64,000 bases of DNA from contig NC_134482.1 of NCBI RefSeq assembly GCF_964194025.1, positions 17,794,001 through 17,858,000 of the forward strand, written 5' to 3'. A model generated the notes under the pieces. The model did not search any database and was not told the DNA's origin. It worked only from the letters and a program-made list of their open reading frames with translations. This stretch comes from Convolutriloba macropyga. Lineage: Eukaryota. The position numbers were made by a program, and so were the translations under genes. Below are positions 13,001-25,000 of the stretch, piece after piece (the stretch's first letter is position 1; every line of letters starts with the position of its first letter).

Positions 13001-16000
13001 AACGCTCAAAGATGCCCCGGTGGCAGTACATTTATGTTTGTCATGCATAGGTATTCATTATGAGATCACAGTAAGTATAATGACTATTAAAACAACAAAA
13101 AAAAACAGGAGAAAACCAAAAAATCAGTAGAAAAGTGCAAGAAGAACGTGTCGAAGCCATTTAAACCATAAATTTTTGTTTAAAATTATTATTGGTCATC
13201 CACAGAACATCGTTTTTAAGCTAATGGGAACTGTCAATATTTGGATAATGTGATAAGATTTCAAAAGTAACCAATAATACGTAAAAATCCAAAAAAAATT
13301 TTAAAAAATTGAAATTTTTTGTCATTGAAGTCATATAACCAATAGATAGAAGATAAAACCGCTAACCAGTTTAATTTTGGTTGCAGTAGGAAGGAAGAGG
13401 GTGCTCTCACCCCTGGACTGACTTACAATTCACTATAATAAGATTATGATTCTTTAATATTCAAAAAAAATTCGAAAAATTATTTTTTAAGTCTTAACAG
13501 CCATTAGCCGCCCCCTCAATGAAATAGACATGTTCACTTAATGCTCATTATGGAACATATTGCACTGTTAGTCAATGAATCCCTACCATAGGACTCCAAA
13601 AAAAATAGTAAAACTTCAAAAAGAAATTCAAAATTTCATTCAAAATTACGAAAACTCAGAATCGAAGCCAAAAAAAAACATGAGCAATTCCTTGAAAACG
13701 ACGTTTTTTGTTCATTGCGCTTCATTCGACTATAAAGGAGTTTTGTCATTAATAGAACGTCGATATAAAATGTGACTTGTCTCTAGGTGACTTAAAAAAG
13801 CAAAAAAGAGAAAAGTTTTATTAAAAAAAGGGCTCTCAATTAGAGTTCGATTTTTTTTTGATAGTGAACTTCCCTATGAGACCAGAACTAGTCTTTCTAT
13901 CGCCTTGCATTCAACTTTTACGAACTCAAAATTTATTCTTTTTATAGAAATTTGAATTAATGTTTTCGTAAAAAAGATCTTAGTTTGAAGAAAATTGTAC
14001 TAAAAGTGAACAATCATGCTAAAGATCCCATTGTTCACACAAAACTTCAATCCTCGATAACTCCTCGAAAAAAACGAAATTCAAAAAAATCTTTTTACTT
14101 TTGAATTCTACGCTGGACCAGCTTTTTAATGATACCACTCACATTTCTCTACGACGAATATATCGATCGGCCAAAATTCACTGAACAAAAAAAAAAAACC
14201 CATTTGAGTATATAGTTCCTTCCCCCACAAGTGGGGTCGGAACAATAACGTAGCGAGGACAAAAATGCACGGTTTTGAGTAAAATTGAAGGAGTATTTAA
14301 TTGCTCGAAGACGAAGTTGGTAGCAATTTTATTAGTCCTGTGGTCTCGAAGAGGAGTATTGGTTTTCATTGTTTTTTTAATGGACGTACTATTTTAACGT
14401 TCAGACGGCGTTTTCTTATATATACTTTCATTTTCTTCATTTTTGGATCTTGAAGCGGACTTTTTCTAAAGTCAGTGCATATGGCACCTTATTTTTGATA
14501 ATCAACGCATTGAATGCCTCTTTTTAACTTGAGGTTTTTTTTTTGTTTTATAAAATTGTCTGCATGCTAATCCGATTTCAGTAGTTTTTGTCCAAATTTT
14601 TGTTGTCTTTTTTTGTATTTTGGTTTTAATTACTGGACATTCACTGAATATTTTCTCTTAATTGCTTTTTTTAAAAAAAATTTTGACTTTTTTTTAAAAT
14701 GTTTTAATGTTTCGAATCTTCTAATTCTGTTATTACTTCTTTTTATCTATCTATTCAGGTGAGGGGCTTTTTAGTGAATGCTAAATAATGAAAGGTATAT
14801 GTTTTTCTACTTCATTTTTTTCAAGTTGACTTTCAACTTCCAAAAAGCAAGAAATGGTCTTTTTAATTCCATGTTTTCTACAATTTGTCTATATATCCTC
14901 CTCATTCTAGCATGTTTCATTCTAGTTTTCTAATACTTTTATCGTTTCATTTGCTCTGTTTTTATCAGTTATTAAAAAATTTATTGCTTCTAGCCTTTTC
15001 TTAGATTTTTTTCATATCCTCGTTTGCAAATAGTTTCCTTTAAAATAATGCAATACTGAGAAATTGCTGGAGTTCCGGTTTTGCACTGATTAATGTTTTC
15101 TGCAAATATTCTTGGGGCTACCGCTTTTTGCTTCGAACAATTTGCCTTCTAATATTTTTCTGTTTCTTTTGTCCTTTGCCTAATTTAATTTCAATAATAT
15201 AATATAATTCATCTGTCCTTTCTCCGTTTAGAAAGAAGTATATTCCATTATACCCGTAATAACAGTGACTCAAAAACAATCGAATTTGGTGGTTCTTGGG
15301 TCCTACTATCGGGGCCAACCGCTCGCCGGTCGTTTGAGAGCAATTCGCCCGACATTATTGTTTATGCTTTTTTGGGAAACGTGTACATCCATTAGGATTT
15401 TTGGTTTCGCTCAGTCAAATTACCTTAAAATTTCACGTAGGCTAAAAATTATTTTTCTGGTTAAATCAACCTTAAATTTTTTTAGTGTGGCATAGTTATA
15501 AGAGTGAGAAGTTTTTGCAATGGGAACAACATTGCTGCTTATTGCGGGTTTGCGAGTTACGACCCATTCTTAATACACCTTTTATAGATGAACCGTAATA
15601 TGAAACTTTTGAGATTTCAGCTGTTTCTCTGTAAAAAGGCTAATATTACCATGAGTCTATTATACACATAAATAAAATAAGTTAAAAAAATTTTAATTGC
15701 TTTAAGCGAAGTTTTGAATAATTAGGGGTTTAGTGTCGTTCTTTTTAATTGGCTTTTCTGCATTGTAGTTTTTATGTCTGATGACTTTGTTCTCTATTCA
15801 TCAATGATCAATTTATTCATATTATTCATGTTATATCTCTTGGACTCTCAATATTAGCTGAGCGGTATTATGTGTCACGTTCTGTCAAGAAAATGAAATG
15901 GACCGTTCACTGCCAAGTTCTGGTGAAAGTTTCAGTATTGACAATTTTACAATTTTTTGTTTCAATGGAAATGGTTTTGACTATAGAATTGTTAGTTTGA

Positions 16001-19000
16001 CAAATAAATAGGACTTGGCTGAGATCTAAACTTAAAAAATGGTCATTTTGACCGAAATATGATTTCAGAGAGCAATTTCAAAGATAAATTATTAAGTTGA
16101 GGAATGAAGTTCAATAAGTAGTCGTCGTTTTTAAAATAATTCTGTATTTATGTTTGCACGTGTGTTTTACCTTCAACTCTGATCCGTTACATGGGCCGTT
16201 GCTAATAACTATTATACACAGGTGAATTTTTAAAAATGAATTTGGTTCTGTTTAATAGCCGCCTCAGCTTCTGTTTTCTTTTACAATTCAAGGAATTTGA
16301 ATTGTGTTGGTGCGCTGTCTTTTTTTAAGATCTGTTCACGCGTTTTTGGGCTTTTTCACGTCAGTGAGAAGTCAGATTAGGGTGGTGATTTTGGTCACAC
16401 TGAAATTGTAAAGGTAGCAAAAAATCGAGTAGGTTTCAGGCGTGACTTTTTTCGAAATTGGTGTTTGAAATTGGTGTTTGAACAATTTGGCGGTTTTTTG
16501 AGATGGATTTTTTTCAAGTGCGTCAATTTGACTTCTATTTTCAGAGTTTCCTCTCCTTCAGTGCGTTTAAGATGGTGCCTATGTGTTGTAATTGTGCTTA
16601 TTTGCCTTTGCTGGAATTCATAAAGGGGCAGCTAAAACTTTTTATGACTTTGCCACTATTTGTTGTCATAAAATATTAGTAATTTTAGATTTTGCCCCCT
16701 TTTTAAAATTATCTGTTGTCTCATCACTTAGCACCATCGGTGACAAGTCTGATCAATGACAGCTTGCTAATGAGGCATAAAAGAACCTAGTTAATGGCTC
16801 GAGTTAATAGCTAGTGGTTTTCATGACTTTGACGCTACTTTTTCTCAAAATTTTTGAGTGACTTTTTCAGTTCTGCTAGTATTTATTGTACTTTGTGATG
16901 TTTATCATTTAATCTCATTGAGGACAGGTTTCTGATGGTGTTAGGTTTATCGATTTAATCTTTTTTTCAAAGCTAGTGCGTTCTATGACTTTGACACTGA
17001 TTGTTTTCAATAATAATTATTCATTTTTTTCAGGTTTGCGAGTTTTTCTTTTCAACTTTGTCGTATTAACTTAGTCTCATTATCGACAGGTCTCATTGGT
17101 TGCTGAAAAAGCTTCAATTAAACCCAGTCATTTCAGTTCAAAGCTGTTGCTTTTTGTGACTTTTACGCTTGTTCATTTTTAGAAAAATAATCTTAAGGAT
17201 TTTTTTAGTTTTACTATTATTTGTTGTACTTTTTGGTGTCTTATCTTTATCTCAAATAATTAACTTAACTTAATCTCATTGATGACAGGTCTCAACGGTG
17301 GTCATCGAGGATTCAAATAATTGATGTAATTTTATTCTTCAGTAGCTGTTGCGATCTGTGACTTTTAAACTATGTCTTTTCCAAAAGTTTCAGTGAGTTT
17401 TATTGAGATTTTTGGTTGTTTTTGTCTTATTATTTAATTTTATTGGTGAAAGGACTCCGCGACTTTTAATGACAGGTTGATATTGAGATTTAGAGGAATA
17501 TAGTTGGCAGTTTGAGTTGATAGTTGTTGTTTTTGATTTTGATCCTGTCTTTTCAAAAAAAAATAATTGTTGAATTTTTAGTCTTGCTGATTTTTGTTGT
17601 TCTGGTGTTGTTTTTTGCGTAGTCTCATTACTAACAGCTCTCATTTGCCTTTTAAAGCGGGGTTAATTATTGTCAGGTCATAAATTAATACAATGCTTGG
17701 AATTGTTTTTCAGGACTTGTCCTGCTATGTTTTTTTACTTCGTCGAATAGAATTTTTTCGCTTAACCTTAGTTCACAGCTCGTTCAACTTTTTGCATGAA
17801 ATCTCTAATGCTTATTGGTATCGGTATCGGTACTAGTTCCTTTGTGGTCTCACTACGAAAGAGGAGTTTGTTCAGCTCCAAAATGACATCAAAATAGTTC
17901 GCACTTTAAAATTGTTTGTATAAAAATCATTTTTTCACTACCTTTTCTTCTTTCAATCCCAATCTTTGTTATGTGAATCAATGGCGGTAATTTTCCGGCA
18001 GTCTGCCGGGTATATGAATGTTTTCTTGGTTAGTTTGATTAACGTGAATTCTATTGTAGAGAAGTCTGATCTATGTTAGTTTTCAATCAGATATTTGTTC
18101 TTTTGTTAAAAAAAAATTACATTGTGCTCAATTTTCCTTTGCTATCGTAGTCGTGTCTACATCGGATAACAGCGATAATTAAAGCATCGTTGAACATTAT
18201 ATTGTTTTCAAGTTCGTGATCTGTTTACTTCTTTTTTTCTTTGAAGCTATAAAAGAGTATAAATGTTTCCTACGTTTGTTTAACACTGAATAAATAGTCT
18301 TTGAATTGAACATTAGTAAGAAGTTTGTGGTTTCCTGCGTAAGTATGCTCTTGTATTTTTGGTGTTTTCAGAGAGCTTTTGAAGGATGCAGCGATTTAGA
18401 TTCGTTCAATAGAAATAAAAGGATATAGCGATTGTAGATGGAATAATTGCTTCCAAAAAGTTATAGGAAACTATACTTTCACTTCTCGCAATAGGTCTCC
18501 TGTTTTTCGGTATATTTTTTACGCCTGAACATTTTATTTGATTTAGTAATTATATAGAGTGTGATACTGTGCCGCTTTTATTTTCGTAGGACCACATTTA
18601 AATTTTTGTTTTTTTTTCAATAACAATAAATTTTTAAGTTTTCCAAACTAAGTGGAATATGATCGTTTTGTGAAATGAGAATGGTTTCAAATTTTCCTTA
18701 GAAGGTTTTTAGTTTCGTGCTAACTGAGGCCTTGGTGGTATTTATTTATTCCATCCACTTTTCACAGATTGGGAGAATAGTCGAACTCATTCCAAACTTC
18801 CTTTCCCTGTTTTTTTGCTTCACTTTGCCCTTTTATAGTTGAAAGATTTCTTGAAAAACTCATATAGAAAAATAGAATATACTCTGATAGAATAAACAGT
18901 TTCTATGATCAGCTTTGCTGAATGCACTTATCGGGTTCAGAATGGACGCGCGGATTCTGAAATTGAGTGGCAAGAAAGAATTTGCCCAAAAAAGTCGTCT

Positions 19001-22000
19001 CCATGAATCGGCTGAAAAGTACGACAAAGAGGGGGTTAATTTGAAATACTGTTTGGAGTATCGAGTACTGTTTCCAGAAGTCAATAGAAGAAACGCCGAT
19101 GCTGGATTCAAAAACATGCTTCTTTATTTTATGAATTTCGGGTTTTATAAATTTGGTCTGGAGTTAGTGGTTATGTATGTCGTTATTTTGGTAGGGAATA
19201 CGGGCGATATTTTCTCAGTTTTCTACGTTCTGTTCCTTATTCCAATGTTATTATGCCGACGTAAACATTTGAAACTGTTTGCTAAAGTTTTTGCAGTCTA
19301 CGTAGCTTTTGTTTGTGTTGTGAAATATCTATTACTTCTTTGGCTTCCGCCTTTTGAAACGTTCTGCAGTTCCTCGTTTTTGAACTGGCTCGCCGGAACC
19401 AGTCACGATTCCGAGTCCAGCCAAGCATTGAAACTTTTCTTTTTTGTCTACGATTTCGATATGGACCAAGTTTACGCTGTCGGCACACCAATGCTGTTCG
19501 CTGACATGATGTTGCTAATTATACTGCGTTCATTTTTGAAAAACTTGAAAGCTGAAGTTTTCGATGATAGACTTCGCGAAGCTGCGGGAAATAACGAAGA
19601 TTGCCTGGACGAACCCGATATGGCCAGACGCCAATACGGTCAAGAGGTAAAATACCGAATTGTGTATTCGAAGAAAAATTTTTTAACAGAACAGAAACAT
19701 CCAATGAACGTTTTGAAGAAAATTTTGTTCATGCATGGTATTTGGTTAACGTATTTTTTCGTATGTTTCTGTGGTCTGCAAACTTATGATATTTTGGGCG
19801 CGCCTTTTATTGGGTTCTCAGTTTACCTTTTGTGGTTGGGTCAAGACGTGGCTCTAAAAACAAGGCCTGAAATGTTCAAGTTTCTGAACCGGGTTCTTTT
19901 GTATTCAGTTCTGATCGCGGGTTTCCGAGTTTGCGCACAAGTTGCGGGGTTTTACTGTACTGAGATATATTCTGACTCATTTTTAGCAAATTTTGTGGAA
20001 ATTATTGATATGCGAATTCTAGCAAAATATGACCTAGCAGTTTCTGCGGAAGATCTGAATTGTTTGAACTTGTTTCAAAACAACAGTATCATATCTTGGG
20101 AAAGCACGTGTATTATGATATTGTTAGTTCAAAGACGCATTTTCTTAAGTCACTATTACGATTTTGTGATCGAAGAGTCTATTGTGTTCCGTGATCTTTC
20201 AGAAGCGGGTGGAAAATTGATTGAGAAATTTAACAGAGAGGATATTGCTGCTGCTATTGCATACAGAACTCAAATCACGAAAGATTTGGAGGAGCAGATT
20301 TCGGCCATCAGAGATCGGAGTAAAAGTTTGGGCTCGTGGTATGAACCGAAAGATCATCTGGATGCAATTTTCAATGGATCGCGCTTCTTCGGGACCGTTA
20401 AAGACAATGTACCTCTCAGTTCACCGAAGGGTAAAATGTCGGGAGGGTTATCAAAAGAGAAAGAGAAGCAAAAAAGACAATTGACTGATGGCGAAGTTGG
20501 CAGTCAATGGCTGCTCTATATTGAAAAAATCAAAGAACGAACACTTCGACGATGTTTTCCAAAAACAGAAGAAACTGTAACAGATGAGGAACAAAATAGG
20601 TTTCATGAAGAAAGTGCTGAGACAAGTGTGAACAATGATTCCCCTGTTCTGGTGCCGCCCCGCGATTCTGAGATGGAATCGTTGTCGAGTACCAACATTC
20701 AAGAAAATTCTGTTACGGCTCCTGTGATCTTGAATTCCGAATCTGATCAAAATGACCAGTCGCGAAGTGGAATCGACGCTGAAATTGATGACAATGATTC
20801 TCAGAATTTGCAAAATAGTCGAACGTGGCTATTGGATCACTCAATTGAAAACCCGGAAGACCAAAAGCCAGTTGGTGGATTTAAAAAGTTGATTTTGCTG
20901 GTTACTTATGTTGTTTTTAGGTTGCTTGCCGAAATTGCTTACGTTTTTGACCATGGTTCAATTGGCTTTCATCGTATTTTGCTGAGTCTTGAACAAATCC
21001 GGGCAAAACGAGTCGGCTTTTTAGAAGCAGAGTCAGCCGATATAATGGAAACGCGCGTGAGGGATCGAGTTACTGTTAACAACTATGTATGTGTTGATAT
21101 TTCGACTGAGGTTTCGGAGTCCAGCGATGTCCGAAAACCGTCAAGGTTCCAGCAACATCTTGATTCTCAACAAGACTTCAACATCTGCGTTTTGTTCATC
21201 AGAGATTTCTGGCTATCATTTTACCAATTTTTGATTTCCCAAACTGACCATTTTTGCTACTTTTTGATCGGAATTGTGGTGGTCTTGAATGGATCTATCA
21301 TGGACATGACATTGTCCATAATAACCATAACCTGGGGTCTGTTGTCCAAACCGAGGCCGAGTAAGCGATTCTGGAAGTTGATCATTTTCTACACTACTGT
21401 TGTCATTTTCGTTCAGTGGTTTTTCCAAACTGATGTTTTCGAGTACAACAGAAACAAAGAGGTATCTGCGCCTGACTGGCTGGAAACGTTGATAGGAAAC
21501 TTGGACACTAAAGATTCGTATGTTTATGTTCTGTTGTTACTAGTTGCGCTGTGTTTTCACCGAAACATTCTTATTAGTTACGGGTTATGGTCTTCGTACT
21601 CTTCTAATAGAACCGAACAGGAATTGTACAATAAAGAGGCGAGGAAAAACGGAACCGCTCTTATTGGGGAAAATTCTGAAGATGTCCGGGACCGAAATTC
21701 GATAAGTGAAAGTTCTGTCAACAACTTTGCAAAGCAGAGAAAGTTTTCCGTGGCAGCAACGTCAATCGTCTCCGAAGATTTGCCCACGAAACCCAGAGGC
21801 CCTTCTTCGAATATAATTAAACGCTTCACAAACTGGTCTGAACTGCGGTACTGGGCCTCGGATGTTAAAAATGAGGCCAAATATTTTGCAGAACAGATTT
21901 TGGATAGCAATAAAACCGCAATCCGAGATGTCTATGTGCCTATGTTTATTTTCGATATTTTGGGTTACATAATTGTTACAGTCGGGTATTCAGGGTTCTC

Positions 22001-25000
22001 AGAATCGGGCGAAAGTTCCTCAATTGTTGACAGTTTACTCAATAATAAGGTTCCATTCTACTACCTGATAATAGTTCTTGTAATGTTTATGTTTACAATG
22101 ATTGACAGACTTGCTTACCTCAGAAAAAACGTGCTGATCAAATTTATCGGGTTTACAGCCCAGGTAATATTAGTTCACGTTTGGTTAATACTTATAAACC
22201 CGGCGATTAATAAATCCCGATTCCACTCAAACACAAGTGCGTTGGTTTACTATTTATTTCGATGGATTTACTGGCTGATTTCAGCGTATCAGATTAAATG
22301 TAGTTTCCCAGTCAGGGTCTTGGGCAACTGTTTTTCAAAGCGATACAACAAGTTGTGTAAACTTGGTATGACTGTCTTCTTCAAGGCCCCATTTCTGTTT
22401 GAATTACGGGTTATAATGGACTGGGTTTTCACCCCGACAACCCTAAAATTCAACCGCTGGTTGCAAGTTGAAGACGCATTTGTCAAAACTTTCCTAATCA
22501 AATGTCTCAGAGAAGATGAACTTAGCGACCACAGAAAACGAGGCGAAGTACAGAAAGCGTTTCCTTCAAAATTTATATATCTGCTTATTTTTCTGGCCTT
22601 AGTTCTGGTTATTTGGGCTCCTATTCTGCTTTTCTCATTTCTGAACACGAGCAAGGTTGGCACTGAAGTTAATTACGCTAGCTTCGAATTGCAACTGGGC
22701 AGTTTTGAGCCAATTTTCAAGTCGAGTTTCACAAATGTCCAGGACTTGTCATTCAAAAACGCGACTTTCTGGGCGGACAAATTTGGCTACGACTTTTCAT
22801 CCCTGGACGAAGACTCCCAAAGTGTGAAGAGAATTGTGTTTAACCCAAATGCACAGCAAGTTTGGGCTATCACTCCTCCTGCTAGAGAGACCCTGTTCAG
22901 TGATCTGCTGAAGTGTGACAACTTCGAGTTGACCATCAAGCTGTTGATGATTCGGCGCCCGTTGGAATCGGTCAGCTTCCTGTTTTCAATTCTCTTAGCC
23001 CTGGTTTTAATAAGTGTATGAGGGGTTGCATGAAGCGTTTCGTGCATTCCTGCGGGAAAAAATTAATGCTTCCTTTTGACCATACGAAACGTGCTTAGGA
23101 ACCAAAAGGAAATATTTTTTCTCATATTTGTTTTTGTACGTTTTCAATTCTGGTGTTGGGTTCTTGTTCCGGTTTTATTCTTGTTCTCTTTTGCTTTGCG
23201 GATGATTCTGCTCTTATGATTAAGTCTATCTTGTTATGTCACTTTGACCAGTTAGCTGATTTCACGAACAAAAAGTTAAGCATATCCGATTCAACTCAGA
23301 TCTAGACAATTTGCATTCAATTTGCTATTATACGTGCGAAATTTTTTATTGTTCTTTGCCATATGAGTTGATTATTAAAAGGATGAAAAACTATTTGTTG
23401 CAGTTGATTCTGGCCTAATCCAAAAATGAATCTAATCTTGGAAAACTGTTATTTCAAAGATTATATTAAATTCTGTTCATTTTTTGCAAAATCTTGATTT
23501 ACATGGTTTCGGTAGCAATTTAATTACCCGTTGATGAATTTTCTAAGTGAAACCTAACATTTAGATAGTTCATTACCCGAGTGGACTGGGGATGGTTATC
23601 TTGTAAGATCTTGTAAGATTCTGTAAGAGCATGCATCGTCTTACAAGATTTTCTGACAGGTTCTTACAAGATAAGCATTCGTCTTACAAAATTCTTACAA
23701 GATAGGCATTCGTCTTACAAGATTCATACAAGATAAGCATTCGTCTTACAAGATCCTTCTAAGATAAACATTTGTTTTATATGATTCTTGCAAGATTAAC
23801 CGATGTTTTGCAAGGATCGAAATGCACAGAACTGAAATACAGAGCGCATAAAAAAATTTGGAGAAGATGCACAAGACGAAAAAACAAGTAATTTTTTCTG
23901 AACAGTGTAAAACAGTGTAAACAGTGTAAATTTACTTTGAGTAATAAATTCACACCCAGCATTAAATGGAAAGTGCGAATATGGGTTTTTCTGTTCCTCC
24001 ACATTGAATGCAATGAGATAAAATTGATTTAAAAATTAAATATTTCTGCAATTTTTTTTCATTAGAGCATAAAAAGTAAGGGAAAAAAATGATAATTTCA
24101 CGCTTTTAGTTTTTGGCAATTAGTCAATAGTAAAAGTTAATAATTTTGTACTGATGCAGTAAAAATTATCTTGAAAAGCCTTTTTCAATCAAATTAATGA
24201 TTAAAAATATCAGTCAAAAATACGCAACCAATTCTCAAAACTTCAATGCATTAAATGAAGGAAATTGCGCGTAAAAGAACCAATGAGAATGTAGCTCAAC
24301 CGGAACGAACTTGCAAGAATCTTACAAGATAACCATTCATCTTGTAAACAAGATCACCATCTTTTGTAAGAAATTCGTCAGAACTTTCATTGTTTCCTTC
24401 CTAAGATAACCATCTTTTATAAGAATCTTGTATGATCTTACAAGATAATCATTCTCTCTCGTCCAGGGTAGGTAAGTTAAGTTAAATTGTTCTTTTTTTG
24501 CCTGATTGAGCATTGCGATTCAACCGTAATTTTGTATAAATTTAGATTATTGTTGTTCTTGTTAACTTATTGTTATTTTGGGAAGTTTGCTGTTATATTT
24601 AAAGCCTACTCCAAAAATATATCCAGTTGCGGAGTTTTTGCTTTCGAATTCTAATTTTTACTAATTCGCTCTGCTTCGCAAAATCTCGGTAAGGAATTTA
24701 ATTACAATTGATGAATTTTGAAGAGGAACATGATGTGTTGTTATTTTATTGGTAAGTTTTGTTTAAATTGGATATTTTCGATGATGTTTTAAGTAATAAT
24801 TTCTTTGATGCTGTTTTTTTATGTTAACTTTTGTAATCCCTTCATTAATTTTTTTCGCAGGTCATTTTTGAGTTTTTTTTTCATTGAAATGGCGTGACAA
24901 AATGAATGTTCCTGGAAGACTGTTGTATTATCATTTTGTAAGCTTTTCTGTAAGATTTGACTCTTTTCATTGTTTCCTTCCTATTTGTTTCGTATCTTGA

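Noticed and set aside
8108-23021. Two separate membrane-protein genes (859 aa and 1368 aa ORFs)
   Set aside because: Phase-compatible splice sites join them into one Piezo gene, and the ORF ends are intron read-through.
19282-23047. Antisense and alternate-frame ORFs over Piezo exon 3, and similar ones over ELMOD3
   Set aside because: Shadow ORFs of the real coding strand with no recognisable motifs.
23640-23770. Regular ~31 bp repeats that look superficially CRISPR-like
   Set aside because: No unique spacers, eukaryotic context, and they are subterminal repeats of a MITE.
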